In this document: positions 49,724-64,000 of the stretch, piece after piece | Layout: each line of letters begins with the position of its first letter | Numbering within the stretch: position 1 is the first letter of the stretch | Source: an uncultured Verrucomicrobiae bacterium | Lineage (GTDB): Bacteria > Verrucomicrobiota > Verrucomicrobiia > Limisphaerales > JAFGQR01 | Assembly: GCA_963788655.1 (NCBI GenBank) | Contig: CAWBHS010000089.1 | Location: forward strand, 1-64,000 | Reading direction: 5' to 3' | DNA length: 64,000 nt | The notes under the pieces: generated by a model | Databases searched by the model: none | What the model saw: the letters and a program-made list of their open reading frames with translations, nothing else | What the model was told of the DNA's origin: nothing | Made by a program: the position numbers and the translations under genes

Positions 49724-52700
49724 ATGAAACGTCGTATCATTTCCTCCCTGGTGATTCTCTTCCTATGTAGCCCCGCTGTGCTTCCGTTGTTCGCGGCGGA
49801 TACTATCGTCATTTCGGAATTCATGGCCAATAACAATGGGATCCTTGCGGACGAGGACGGCGACTTTTCGGATTGGATTGAACTCCATAATCCCACGGCC
49901 ACGGTCGTCGAGCTGGAAGGCTATTACCTGAGCGATGATCCGGGCCTGCTGACCAAGTGGGCCTTCCCGGCGGTCAGCCTGTCGCCGGACGGCTATTTGG
50001 TGGTGTTCGCATCCGGCAAGAACCGCTCCAATCCGGGCGGCCAGTTGCACACGAGTTTTCAATTGAATACTGATGGCGAGTTTCTGGCGCTGGTGTTGCC
50101 GGATGGGCACACGCTGGCCAGCGTGTTCAATCCGGAGTATCCACCACAACGCGAGGACGTGGCCTACGGCGTGGCCCAACAACCCGTGTCCATCGCACTT
50201 ATCGCCAGCTCGGTGCCGCAGATTCTGGTGCCGGCCAATGCCGGCGAATTACCGGCGAATTGGAGCGCGGTCGATTTCCAACCCGACGGCAATTGGATTA
50301 ATGGCAGCGCCCCGGCGGCTATTGGCTTCGATACCGATCAACCAACGGCCACGCCCGTAAACGTCGCTCCCGGTGGCACAGCCGTGCAAAGCACCACCTC
50401 CGGCGGTAACACCGCCAACCTGGCCACCGATGGCAGCACGGCAAATTTCACCCACACCCTGTCCGCTGACACTTCGCCATTTTGGCAGGTTACACTGGCC
50501 AGTGAAACCGCCGTGTATCGTGTCGTATTGCGCAATCGCACGAGTTGCTGCCAGTCCCGGTTGCGCGATATCACCGTGCAAATTCTTTCGGCGGACGGCA
50601 ACGCCACCAACTACAACTCTTCCCTGCTCAACGCGGAGAATGTGGGTTACACCTATCCGGCTGGCCCGGCTTCGATTGAAGTCGATTTGACCGCGCTGGC
50701 GGGCGGCCCGGTGTTGGGCCAGGTGATACGGGTGTTGCGCGCGCCGGACCCGGACCTTTCCGGCAGTGGTGGCCAGGGCGGTGCTGACGAAGTTGCCGTG
50801 TTGTCGTTGGCGGAAGTTGAGGTCCATGGCGTGCCCACGGCTACTGAAGTGAATCTGGCCCGCACCGGCAGTCCGGCGCCCACCGCGTCCCAATCGTCCA
50901 CTTTGAGCACTTACACTCCGGACCTCGCCATCAATGGCAACCTCGGTGATTTCACGCATACCGCCAGCGCGGACTCCAATCCCACTTGGACCCTCAATCT
51001 GGGGCGCCGCTCCGTGGTCAATTCCGTGACGATTCACAACCGTGATGACTGCTGCGGATCGCGATTGCGCGACCTCACCGTGCAAATTCTCGACACCGAC
51101 GGTTCGACCGCGGTTTATACTTCACCCTTGTTGAATCCGGAGAATGCCGGTTACAGTTTTCCGAACGGCCCAGACCATCTCGATGTTGTTCCTCCCGCGC
51201 CGGTGCTCGGCCAATACGTGCGCATCCGGCGGACCCCGGACCCCGATCTTTCCGGCACTGGTGGCCAGGGTAATACTGACGAAGCCGGTGTCTTAGCCCT
51301 GGGCGAAGTGATCGTGCTGGGTTTGGATGTGAACGGCTATCGTCCGTTTATCCGCACCGACCTCGAGAACCAAATGCTCGGCAACAATGCTTCGGCGTTT
51401 GTGCGCCTACCCTTTACGGTGGATGATCCGTCGGTGCTGGATGAACTCACGTTGCGGTTGCGCTACGACGACGGATTTATTGCCTATCTTAATGGGGTGA
51501 AAATCGCCGAACGTAACGCGCCCGCCACGCCCGCCTGGAATTCGGCTGCCACCGTTGATCGCGACCTCGCCAGCGGCATCCTACCGGAAACGATTTCGTT
51601 GACTGACTACCTGCCGCAACTAATGGCCGGCGTCAACGTGCTGGCAATTCAGGCGATGAACTCGAGCGTCAGTGACGGCAATTTTCTACTCCAACCGGAA
51701 TTGACCGGCGCGCAGATTGAAGAGAGTCCGTATGCCTATCTGGTGGACGCCACACCCGGTACCCGCAACGAAACGGACTATTACTTTGGCGACGTGGCGG
51801 ACACCCAGTTCAGCGTGGACCGCGGATTCTTCGATGCACCGTTTACATTGGAGATCACTTCCGCGACGCCCGATGCACAGATCTATTATTCCTTGGACGG
51901 CAGTGAGCCCAGCGCCAGCCGGGGCCTGCTTTATACCGAACCGTTGACCATCACGAACACCACCATCGTCCGCGCCCGCGCGTTCAAGCCGGATCTCAAG
52001 CCAACAGATATTGACACGGAGACTTACATCTTTCTGGACGATGTCATTCACCAGGCGCCCACCGGGGCGGCTCCGCCCAATTTCCCCGCGTCATGGGGCC
52101 GGAACCGCGTCGATTACGGCATGGACCCAACCGTCGTGTCCAAATACTCCCTGGCCGAATGGCACGAGGCACTGACGCAAATCCCGACCATGTCGATCGT
52201 CACCGAGGTGGAGAACCTTTTTGATCCGGTGACGGGCATCTACGCCAACGCGGATGGGCACGGCGAAGACTGGGAACGGCCCAGTTCGATTGAGTTGATC
52301 GATCCGCACGGCACCCCGCAAGGCCAGTTCCAGGAGAACTGCGGGCTGCGCATTCGGGGTGGCTACAGCCGCAACACCGACTTCGTGAAACATTCCCTGC
52401 GCGTCTTTTTCCGGCGCGATTACGGAGCGGCCAAACTGCACTACCCACTCTTCGAAAACGAGGGCGCCGACACCTTTGACACGTTTGATTTGCGCACCAG
52501 CCAAAATTACGCCTGGCCGCGGGAAACCAGCTTGAGCAACGGTCAAAACGATACGCTGGTCCGCGAAGTGTTTTGCCGCGAAACCCTGGGCAAGATGGGC
52601 CAACCCTACCGTCGCTCACGCTACTATCACCTTTATCTGAATGGACAGTATTGGGGTATCTATATGACCGATGAGCGACCGGAGGCTTCCTACGGCGCCA

Positions 52701-55700
52701 CCTACCTCGGCGGTAACAAGGATGATTATGACGTGGTGAAATGTGCCAATCACATCGGCAATTTCGTGACCGAAGCCACGGATGGCAACTTCGGTACCTG
52801 GACCAATTTGTTTACCATGGGGCTAGACATGCTCGACGACAGCGGCAATGCCAATTATTTCCGCATGCTGGGCCGCAATCCGGACGGCACCCGCAATCCC
52901 GCGCTGCCCGTGATGGTCGATGCCGATAACCTGATCAATTACATGCTGGGGATTTTTTACACGGGCGACGGCGATGCCACGCTGTCGTCTTTCCTGGGAA
53001 ATACCGAACCAAACAATTGGTTTGGTATGAAGAACCGCAATAATCCCGACCAGGGTTTCTTGTTCTTCAACAGTGATTGCGAGCACACCCTGGGCGCCCC
53101 CAGCAGTCAGGTGGACCGCACCGGACCGTGGAAGGACATTGCGGGATCGAATGTCCGCAATTTCACCTATTCCAACCCGCAGTACCTGCACGAAGAATTG
53201 ATGCTCAATCCCGAGTACCGCCTCCTTTTTGCCGACCACGTGCAACGCCATTTCTTCAATGGCGGTGTGCTCACTCCGGAAGCATGCACGAATCGCTTCT
53301 TGCGCTGGGCGGACCAGATCAACCAAGCCATCCGCGCCTACGAAGCCCGCTGGGGCGACGCGAATAACGCCCACGTCAAATATTCCGCGACCGATTGGAC
53401 CAATCGCATTAACACCATCGTCAACTCCTGGTTCCCCAACCGCACGGCCACGGTGCTCCAGCAGCTCAAAGTCGATAACCTGTATCCCGCCATTAGTGCG
53501 CCGGAATTCAGTCAGCTTGGCGGCGACATTGCCGAAGGCTTCAACTTGACCATGACCAATCCCAACGCGAGCGGCGCTATTTACTACACGCTCGACGGCA
53601 CGGACCCGCGCCAGGTGGGCGGAACCGTCAATCCCACGGCCGCAGCGTACAGCAGCCCGATTGCGTTGAACGCCAGCACGCGCGTGAAAGCCCGGGTGCT
53701 CAACGGTTCAACCTGGAGCGCCCTGGTGGAAGCCGATTTTGCCATCCCCGGCATCGTGCCGTTGCGCATCACCGAATTGATGTACCACCCGGCCCCGGTG
53801 AGCGCAACCGAGGCGGCGGCGGGATTCAGCAACGCCGACGACTTCGAATTCATCGAACTGCGCAACGTCGGCGCGATCACCATCAACCTGGCCGGCATCC
53901 AATTCGTTGACGGGATCACCTTCACCTTCCCCAGCGGCAGCTTGGCGCCCGGCGAACGTATCCTGGTGGTGAAGAATCTGGCCGCCTTCAACCTGCGCTA
54001 CGGACCCGTGAGTCGTGTGGCCGGTTATTATAGCGGCAACCTGAACAATGCCGGCGAGCATCTCCGGCTCCAGGACGCGGCGGGGCGGGCCATCCTGGAT
54101 TTCTCCTACGCGGACGGGTGGTATCCCATCACGGACGGATTTGGTTTCTCGTTGGTGGCCGTGGATGAGAACGCGCCAGCTTCGACTTGGGGCAGCAAGT
54201 CCAGTTGGCAGTCGGGCAGCAACCTGGGCGGTTCGCCCGGCGCGGCCAATCCTCCGTCACCGGGAATCCCCTTCGTCGTCATCAACGAAGTGCTCACCCG
54301 GCCGGCGGCGGGCGGCAAGGTCAGCGTTGAACTCGCCAACTTGAGCGACAGTCCGGCTGATGTTGGTAACTGGTGGCTGACGGATGATTTTCGCAATCCC
54401 TGGAAGTTCCGTTTGCCGGCGAACACCATCATTCCCGTGGGCGGTTTTGTGGTATTCAATGAAGATGATTTCGGCCCGACCGCATTGGGAATGAATGCTA
54501 TACAGTTGAGCAGCGCCGGCAGCGAAATTCGCTTGTTCAGCGCGGACGCCAATGGGGATTTCACCGGCTACGTCCAAGGCTGGGACTTTGGACCGGCGGA
54601 AGCTGACGTGAGCTTTGGCCGGTACGTGATTAGCACCGGCGCGGACCATCTGGTGGCGCAAACCGCCGTGACGCTGGATGCCACGAATGCCGAACCGCGG
54701 ATTGGCCCGGTGGTGATCAGCGAGATCATGTATCGTCCACCCGACCTGGGCATGAACGACAACAGCCGGGATGAATACCTCGAACTGTTGAACACTTCCC
54801 CGAATCCGGTGCCGTTGTTTGAACCGGCTGCGCCGGTTTACACGTGGCGGGTCACGGGCGGTGTGGATTTCGCCTTGCCACCCGATCTGACTCTGGCGGC
54901 CGGCGAATACTTGTTGGTGGTCAGTTTCAATCCGGCGACTGACCCGGCATTGCTGGCCGATTTCCGCGTCCGCTATTCCGTACCCGCCAACGTTTGCATC
55001 CTGGGACCCTACAGCGGCAAGCTCGACAACTCCGGGGAAAGCGTGGAATTGCGAACGGCAATCCGGTTGCCGACCAGTCTGCCGGCTTGGGCGATAGCGG
55101 ACAAGGTTTCCTACGAAGACGCCGACCCGTGGCCGGGCGGCGCCGACGGTTACGGACCCTCGCTGCAACGTGTGGACGTGGCTGCGTACGGCAATGATCC
55201 AGTGAATTGGGTGGCGGTGGGACCGCGTCCCGGCCGGACCTTTGTCGGCGGCACGCTGCCGGTGATCACAATCCAGCCCACGGACCAAGCAGCGGTGGAG
55301 CAAACGAGCGCCACGTTTAGTGTCGAGGTGGAAGACAGCAGTGCCGTTACGTACCAGTGGCGTTTCGAAGGCCACAATATTGCGGATGCCACCAACACAA
55401 CGTATTCGATTGAGCCTGTGCAGCCCGCGGATGAGGGCTTGTATTCGGTGGTGATTCTGGGTGCGGGTGGCGCCGTGGTCAGCAGCAACGCCGCGCTCAC
55501 CGTGCTCTCATTGCCCAAAATTATCGTCCACCCGGAAAGCCAAACCGTGGATGCTGGCGGCACGGCGATGCTCTCCGTCGTCGCCTCGGGCACGGGTTCT
55601 CTGAGCTACCAATGGCGGCGCAATGGGATCGACGTTCCCGGCGCGACCAGCGCCTCGCTAACCGTGACGGATCTCCAACTCGACGTGAATGACGGGATCT

Positions 55701-56978
55701 ACACGGTGGTGGTTACCGACGCGGTGGGATCGCGCGAGAGCCATCCCGCGCTGGTGGTCTTGCTCCTGCCGCCGGCCGTTGTGGAAGGCCCCTTTCCGAC
55801 CAATCAGGTCGTGGCCTCGGGCAGCACCTTCACCATCAGTCTGACGGTTCGGGGCACGTTGCCGATCGGCTATTATTGGCGCCTCGGGAACGGGTATTAT
55901 AACTTCGAATCCGGAGGCGGGTACACCTATGCCGAGACGAACTCGGCGTACGTCAGCACGAGCGTGCTGGTGATTACCAACGCGCAGAAGGCCTTACACG
56001 AGAATAAATATCGCGTGGGCATCAGCAACAGTGTTCAGACCTACCAAACTGCCAGTGCCTATGCCTATGTGACCGTCATTGACGGCCCGGCCATTACGCT
56101 GCAGCCGACCAATCAATCGGCCGCGCTGGGTGCCCCGGTTACCTTCCATGCCGGCGCGAGCGGCGAAGCGCCGTTGACGTTCCAATGGTGGCACAATGAC
56201 GCTCCGATCGCCGGCGCCACCGGCACCAGTTACAGCCTCAACAGCGTGCAGGCCAGCGACGCCGGCGCGTACACGTTTGTGGCGAGCAATCCGGCCGCCA
56301 GCGCCACGAGCCACGTGGCGTATCTGACGCTGCCCGTGGCTCCGACCATTGTCACGCAACCGGCGGATCAAGCGGTGCATGTCTGCTCGAATGCGGTGTT
56401 CACGGTCGAAGCCAGCGGGGCGCCCTTGAGCTACCAATGGTGGTTCAATGCGACCAATCGCCTGGCCAATGAAACCAATGCCAGCCTGGTGATCGTTCAG
56501 CCGGGCCTGGCCGATGAGGGCCGTTACTCGGTGGTGGTCAGCAATCTCTTTGGCGCGACGCCGAGTGACGCCGCCACGTTGACCCTGCTCGACGGGGACA
56601 GCGATGGTGACGGCATGAGCGACACCTGGGAACTGGCGCACGGCTTGAATCCTTGCGATGCGTCGGACCGCGATCTCGACCCGGACCAGGACGGGCGCAC
56701 CAACTGGCAGGAATTTGTTAGCGGCACCGACCCGGGCAGCAACGCCAGCGTTCTGCGGGTGAGTTTGGTGGGTGACAGCGGGGGAGCGCGCATTCAATTC
56801 GAAGCGGCGCCCAATGTCGGGTACACGATCCAGGTACCGGACCAGCTTGACGGAAGGGCCTTGGCTGAAATTGACCGACATCGAACCCGCAGCGACTCCG
56901 CCGTCGGTGGACTTCCTGGATCCCAACGTAGCGGCCGATGGCGGACGGTTCTATCGCATCGTCACGCCCAGGCAGTAA
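49724..56978 (+). CDS. Large secreted protein: lamin-tail domains, two F-type-lectin-like domains, CotH kinase domain, Ig repeats, TSP3-like repeat (frameshift ~56850)
   Basis: ISEFMANN..DWIELHN, RIRGGYSR, HLYLNGQYWGIY..ERP, ITELMYHP, YQW..N Ig motifs, DSDGDGMSD; the alternate frame ends RFYRIVTPRQ. Confidence 0.88.
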
Positions 56979-56996
56979 TAGGCAGAACCTCTTCGG

Positions 56997-57360
56997 TTCG
57001 GAGTCCCGGCTTTAGCCGGTCAAAGCATGCATCCAAGAGCGGGCACCCAACGGTTAGGCCCCCGGTTCTGATGAATCATACAACGGCGGTTGATTAGGCA
57101 CCGAGAACGCGAAGATTTTGGACGGTTCATTTCACCGCAAAGACACGGAGAGCGCAAAGAATCTGGTTCGGAATCTTTGCGCCCTTCGTGTCTTTGCGGT
57201 GAGTCAGGCGGCCTACTTGCAGTTCTGACGGTCGGAGTCGATATTCGCGCTGCTTTGGGTTGGAGCTCTGCTGTTGCAAGTGGCGACGAGATTTTCTGCG
57301 CGCGGCACCAACCTACCACGATTTAGCGCGAACGCCTTGCCGGCTGAAGCCGACTCCAAA
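56997..57360. repeat. Nested palindromic elements
   Basis: Outer arms GGAGTCCCGGCTTTAGCCGG / CCGGCTGAAGCCGACTCC; inner 29-bp inverted repeat 57132-57202 (27/29 match). Confidence 0.85.
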
Positions 57361-57419
57361 CTTGGCGTGGGGATTTTGCTTGCGACTCGGCTTGGTCGCA
57401 GGCATCACCGCCTCACGCA

Positions 57420-60157
57420 ATGACACTCTTGAAGAACGTTCTTTCCTGCCTGGCAGTGGCAATCACGACAGTTGGATCGTGCTTGGCCGGCGACCTGGTC
57501 CCGACCTCACTCGAATGCGAATACGCGCAAAATCCGCTCGGCGTTGATCTGCCGGCGCCGCGGCTTTTCTGGAAACTCGCGAGCCGCACCCGCGGCCAGC
57601 GGCAAACGGCTTATCGCATCCTGGTGGCTTCATCGCCTGAACGATTGCGCCTGGAAGAAGGCGATCTGTGGGACAGCGGCAAGGTCAGTTCCGAGGCAAC
57701 CATCCAGATCCATTACGCGGGCAAACCGCTCCGGACATGTCACAGCAGGTTTTTTGGAAAGTCCGGGTATGGGACAAAGACGGCGAAGCGTTGAACTGGA
57801 CTGAGCCCGCCACTTGGACCATGGGGGTGCTGGACCGCGCGGATTGGCAGGCGCAATGGATCAGTGCCGCAGCTCTCGAAACGAACCACAACGCACTGGC
57901 GACCTTGCTGCTGCGCCGGGAGGTCGCCATCAAGCCGCGGCTCGTCCGTGCGGTGATGCACCTCTGCGGGCTTGGCCAATACGAATTGACACTCAACGGC
58001 CGCAAAGTGGGCGCGGATTTACTGGCGCCCGGTTGGACGAAGTATGACCGGACCTGTCTCTATGACACGCACGATTTGACGCCGCTGCTGCACGAAGGCA
58101 CGAATGCCCTGGGCCTGTTGCTGGGAAACGGGATGTACCATGTCACCGGCGGCCGGTACACCAAGTTCAAAGGTTCGTTCGGGCCGCTCAAGCTGATGGC
58201 GCAGTTGCGGTTGGAGTATGCCGACGGAACCATGCAGCTCATCGGCACTGACCCGCAATGGCGCGTGGCTCCGGGGCCAATCACGTTCTCGTGCATTTTC
58301 GGTGGCGAGGACTATGACGCCCGCCTCAAGCCGGCCGGTTGGAACCAGCCAGGATTCGCTGATGCGAACTGGGACCGCGCCGTGGTGGTGCCGGGTCCAG
58401 GCGGCCAATTGCGGGGATTGTCCTGCGCGGCGCCACCCATTCGGGCCATCGAAGTGCTGAAGCCGGTGAGCGTGACGGATCTCAGCCCGGGCCTACGCGT
58501 TTATGATCTTGGTCAAAATGCCTCCATTATGCCGCGCTTCCAAGTTCGGGGCCCAGCGGGTTCGGTCGTAAAGATCACTCCGGCGGAACTGCTGCGGGAG
58601 GATGGTTCGGTGGACCGGGGCTCATGCGGCGGCGGGGAGGCCTACTGGAAATACACGTTGTCCGGAAAGGGAACTGAATCCTGGTTTCCCAAGTTCTGGT
58701 ATCACGGCAGCCGCTATCTGCAGGTCGCGTGTACGGCCGCCAGTGGGAAGGGCGAGCGGCCGAAGGTGGAATCGTTGGAGGGGGTGGTCGTGCATTCCTC
58801 CTCGTCGCCGGTGGGTGAGTTTGCCTGCTCCAATGAGTTGTTCAATCGCATCCGCCAACTGGTGCGCTGGGCGCAACGCAGCAATCTCCAGCACGTCATT
58901 ACCGATTGTCCGCACCGCGAACGTTTGGGCTGGTTGGAGCAATATCATTTGAATGGACCGTCGCTGCGTTATGAATTCGACTTGGCCCAGATCTTCACCA
59001 AAGGCATGAATGACATGGCTGATTCCCAGTTGGACAACGGCCTGGTACCGGACATCGCGCCGGAATACACGGTGTTCTCCGGCGGGTTCCGCGATTCGCC
59101 TGAATGGGGCAGCGCGTATGTCATCGTGCCCTGGCAGCAATATGAATGGACGGGCGACCTGGATTTGCTGCGCGCGCATTACCCTGGCATGCAACGCTAC
59201 GTTGCCTACCTGGGCAGCCACGCTAAAAACCATATCGTTTCCCATGGCTTGGGCGACTGGTACGACCGCGGCCCGAAGCCGCCCGGCCCCGCGCAGTTGA
59301 CGCCGTGCGAGTTGACCGCCACCGCGTTCTACTACGAAGACACGCATATCCTGGCACAAACTGCCCGACTCCTGGGCCAACCTGACGACGCCCACAAATA
59401 CGACCAACTGGCAAACAACATCCGCGCGGCCTTCAACCGGGCCTTGTTCAATCCGACCACCGGCCAATACGCCACCGGCTCGCAATGCGCCAATTCGATG
59501 CCGCTGGTGATGGGATTGGCGGACCCCACGGCCCGCGCTGGCTTGGTGGAGGCCGTGGTCCAGGATGTCCGGCGCCGCGGTAATGTGCTGACGCCGGGCG
59601 ACGTGGGGTATCGCTATCTGTTGCGTGCGCTGGCGGACGGCGGTCGGTCCGACGTAATCTTTTACCTCAACAACCAGTCCGCGACGCCGGGCTACGGTTA
59701 CCAATTGAAACAGGGCGCCACCAGTCTGACCGAAGCCTGGGATGCCGGACGCGGCTCTTCGCAAAACCATTTCATGTTGGGCCACATCATGGAATGGTTT
59801 TATCACGACCTGGCCGGCATTCAAGGCGACCCGGCCGGACCTGGTTTCAAGCAAATCATCATTCACCCGCAACCGGTCGGTAACGTCACGTGGACGCGGG
59901 CCAGTTATGATTCGATTCGCGGACGTATCGTCTCGGACTGGCGAATTACCGGCGGGAAATTTGAGCTACGGATTTCGATTCCGGCGAATACTCGGGCGAC
60001 GGTTTTCGTCCCCGGTTCGTCCGCGGACTTGGTGACGGAGGGCGGCCGACCGGCGGCGACGGCGCCAGGGGTGACATTTGCGCGATTGGTGCCGAAGACA
60101 GTGGTGTTCACCGTCGAGTCCGGCAGTTACCTGTTCGCTTCGGCGCTGCCGGAGTGA
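57420..60157 (+). CDS. Alpha-L-rhamnosidase GH78 (frameshift ~57740)
   Basis: L.CEY..NPLGVD, TDCPHRERLGW, LGDW, GATSLTEAW, SQNHFMLG. Confidence 0.93.
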
Positions 60158-60255
60158 GTACCGAGAGAATCGTTCCTTGACCTGCTTTTGCCGACTGCTA
60201 ATTTGGACCATCACTGTCATACGAACATAGATCGATAGCAATAAACGCAATTTAA

Positions 60256-60945
60256 ATGAAATCATACAGCATCCTCGCTCTGACGCTTGGGGTATCGGTT
60301 GTGGCCGCGGGCGCCGCGGACACCGTGAATCTCAAAGATACCAAGCAACGGGTCAGTTACAGCATCGGCGCCGACATTGGCGCGAACTTCAAACGCCAGG
60401 GTATCGAGGTGGATCCCAAAGCATTGGCCGCCGGCATTACCGACTCGCTGACCGGGAAGACGGCGTTGACCGAAGCTGAAATGAAGGAAACCATGATGAA
60501 TTTCCGGAAGGAGTTTATGGCGAAAATGGAAGCCAAACAAAAAGTCGATGGCGAAAAGAATGTCCAGGAAGGGGAAGCCTTTCTGGCGGCCAACGCCAAA
60601 AAAGCCGGTGTCAAAACCACCGCCAGCGGCCTGCAATACAAGGTGATCAAATCCGGTAAAGGGGAATCCCCGCAAGCCACGGACAAGGTCAAAGTGCATT
60701 ATCATGGCACCCTGATTGACGGCACGGTCTTCGACAGTTCGGTGGACCGTGGGGAGCCCGTCACCTTCGGCGTCAACCAGGTTATTCCCGGCTGGACCGA
60801 GGCCCTGCAACTGATGAAGGTGGGTGACAAGTGGCAGTTGTTTATTCCTGCCAAACTCGCCTACGGCGAACGCGGCGCCGGGGGCAAAATCGGTCCCAAT
60901 GCCACGTTGATTTTTGACGTCGAATTGCTCGCCATCGAGAAATAG
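60256..60945 (+). CDS. FKBP-type peptidyl-prolyl isomerase (FkpA/FklB/Mip family)
   Basis: SYSIG, SGLQYKV, VHYHGTL, FDSS, VIPGWTEAL, LIFDVEL. Confidence 0.95.
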   Translation: MKSYSILALTLGVSVVAAGAADTVNLKDTKQRVSYSIGADIGANFKRQGIEVDPKALAAGITDSLTGKTALTEAEMKETMMNFRKEFMAKMEAKQKVDGEKNVQEGEAFLAANAKKAGVKTTASGLQYKVIKSGKGESPQATDKVKVHYHGTLIDGTVFDSSVDRGEPVTFGVNQVIPGWTEALQLMKVGDKWQLFIPAKLAYGERGAGGKIGPNATLIFDVELLAIEK

Positions 60946-60999
60946 CGCGGCGTTTGATGGGGCGTTTTAAGTCCCGCCTTCAGGTGGCGGTGCCGGCTT

Positions 61000-61170
61000 G
61001 GTAGGGCGAGACTCTGTCGAGCCCTGAGTTCTCCGCGGCAATCTCAGTTTTCATCTAACGAAATTGTGGGGGGCTTTGGCGTTCCGAAGGCCCAAGGTTT
61101 TTATTTGATGGGCTGCCGGCTTCCGAATCCACACCTGAGAAACCAGGGCTCGGCGGAGTCTTGCCCCACC
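61000..61170. repeat. REP-like inverted pair
   Basis: GGTAGGGCGAGACTCTGTCGAGCCCTG vs inverted CAGGGCTCGGCGGAGTCTTGCCCCACC (23/27). Confidence 0.85.
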
Positions 61171-61297
61171 GGAGTTGGATTGCGACTCGACTCCGCCGCA
61201 CCACGGGTCGTTGTTCGCGCCGCAAAGTAAGGATTGCCCACGCCGACTGGCTGGCGATATGGTAATTCCCGCTGCAAGTGAACTCGGAATTTAGTGC

Positions 61298-62251
61298 ATG
61301 ACCATGATCACGCCCAATTTCCAAGCCAGTGTAACCGCACCGGTAACGCCAGCCATCCAACGGGCCAAGTGGATGCTGTTCCAGCCGTTCGATTTCACGA
61401 AGTGGTTGGTGATGGGTTTCTGTGCCTGGCTGGCGTATTTGGGACAAGGCGGAGGCAGTGGTGGTGGGGGAGGTTTCGGTTCGAAAATGCGTTCGAGCCC
61501 GCGAAACGCTTCGCGCCAGTTCCACGAGCTGAAAGATTATGTCTTGAACAACCTGGACTGGCTGGTGCCGCTCGCCGTGGGTGTGGCGTTGGTGGGGGTA
61601 TTGATCTGGCTGTTGGTGATGTGGCTCAGCAGCCGCGGCCGGTTCATGTTTCTGCACTGTGTCATCGCGAACACCGCGGAAGTCGTGCTGCCCTGGCAAC
61701 GGTTTGCCGCCCAGGGAAACAGTCTGTTTCTCTTCCGCATCGGGCTCGGGCTCCTGACCTTCCTGGTGTTGGCGCCGTTGTTGCTTGTGATCGGCGGATT
61801 GGTTATCGCCATGATGTCGCAGGGGCAGGCCCGGCTGTTATTGGTCTCCGGGGCGCTCACTGCTTTCATCGCTGCCGTGGGGCTGGGAGTAACCTTTGCG
61901 GTGGCCTTCAAATTCACCGAGGATTTCGTGGTGCCCATCATGTTCCTGCGGCGAGGTAATTGCCTGGAGGGTTGGCGGGAATTTCTGGGACTGCTGGCGG
62001 TGAACAAGGCCAACTTCGCCCTCTACATCGTATTCGTGATGGTCATTAAAATCGTCATCGCCATGCTGATTTTGGTGATCGTGCTGGCAACGTGCTGCAC
62101 GGCCGGCTGCTTGCTGGCAATTCCCTATGTCGGTACGGTGCTGCTGCTACCCGTGCTGGCTTTTGAACGATCGTATTCCCTCTATTACCTGGCGCAATAC
62201 GACGCGCCCTACGATGTGTTTGCCGCGGCCACAGCGGGAACGGGGGAGTGA
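61298..62251 (+). CDS. Multi-pass membrane protein of unknown function
   Basis: Several hydrophobic helices; FVVPIM motif. Confidence 0.75.
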   Translation: MTMITPNFQASVTAPVTPAIQRAKWMLFQPFDFTKWLVMGFCAWLAYLGQGGGSGGGGGFGSKMRSSPRNASRQFHELKDYVLNNLDWLVPLAVGVALVGVLIWLLVMWLSSRGRFMFLHCVIANTAEVVLPWQRFAAQGNSLFLFRIGLGLLTFLVLAPLLLVIGGLVIAMMSQGQARLLLVSGALTAFIAAVGLGVTFAVAFKFTEDFVVPIMFLRRGNCLEGWREFLGLLAVNKANFALYIVFVMVIKIVIAMLILVIVLATCCTAGCLLAIPYVGTVLLLPVLAFERSYSLYYLAQYDAPYDVFAAATAGTGE

Positions 62252-62299
62252 GTAGATGCCACCGCCATCTGGCATCCGGCATTCAGCATCCCTCCACTC

Positions 62300-62539
62300 T
62301 CACGCCAGTTTCCCGTGTGTGCCGTCGCATAACGGAGCGTTGGCGGAATGCTTGCAAGCGCACCAAGCCACGGATTTTTCCTCGGTGACCTCAACTTTCG
62401 TGGGCGCCAGACCGGTGCCTTTATGCGAGCCGTCGCAAAATGGTTGGCCTTGGGAGCGACCGCAGGCACACCACCAATAGATGCCCGGAACTACGTTCTG
62501 CACGATCGGGGATTTTTGAAATACAACAGGTTCAGCCAT
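62300..62539 (-). CDS. CDGSH iron-sulfur domain protein (two domains)
   Basis: WCACGRS..PFCDGSH and WCACKHS..PLCDGTH. Confidence 0.95.
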   Translation of the reverse strand: MAEPVVFQKSPIVQNVVPGIYWWCACGRSQGQPFCDGSHKGTGLAPTKVEVTEEKSVAWCACKHSANAPLCDGTHGKLA

Positions 62540-62638
62540 AAGCGTGATATGAGTTTGGATTTGTTATCGTGTTGCCGGGGTGTTGCGGGGGAGGTTGGAG
62601 CCTCTTTGGCATTACCGTCCCGCGCTGTTAGCCAACGG

Positions 62639-63870
<1,232 letters not shown>

Positions 63871-64000
63871 GGGCGCCGATTAAACGGGGAAGCCTGACAG
63901 AACGCAAAGCCGAAAATGAACTGGCAAAATGACTGACAACCAAGGACCAAGCCCCAGAGAATGACCAAGGGCGAAGGCGCAAGTTCCATCACGGCGTAAC

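Overview
GC-rich bacterial window. Gene content and repeat style suggest Verrucomicrobiota (Pedosphaera/Limisphaera-like); this is an inference. 1-6004: two unrelated IS66-family elements nested in opposite orientation. Each has a DUF4338 (DruA-like) gene translationally coupled to its transposase, and the inner element is flanked by a 201-bp direct duplication instead of a short target-site duplication. 6345-15056: a signal-peptide-bearing RHS polymorphic toxin with an AT-rich toxin tip and immunity gene, plus a large secreted upstream partner. Then come a class V aminotransferase, three tandem DUF4139-type genes, a sulfate ABC operon and housekeeping genes (PhoH-like, gltX, mog, moaC, panB, lptD), with a candidate ~150-nt structured RNA after gltX. 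39903-49558: a B12-dependent CarH/LitR-type photoreceptor divergent from an atypical RpoD-like sigma factor that heads a C30 carotenoid operon lacking a synthase. The window ends with a large CotH/lectin/Ig surface protein, a GH78 rhamnosidase, an FKBP, a CDGSH protein and argG. Many intergenic gaps hold miniature palindromic elements of several unrelated families. Single-base frameshifts are frequent, even in argG, and are most simply explained as long-read consensus errors. No rRNA, tRNA or CRISPR array was seen.
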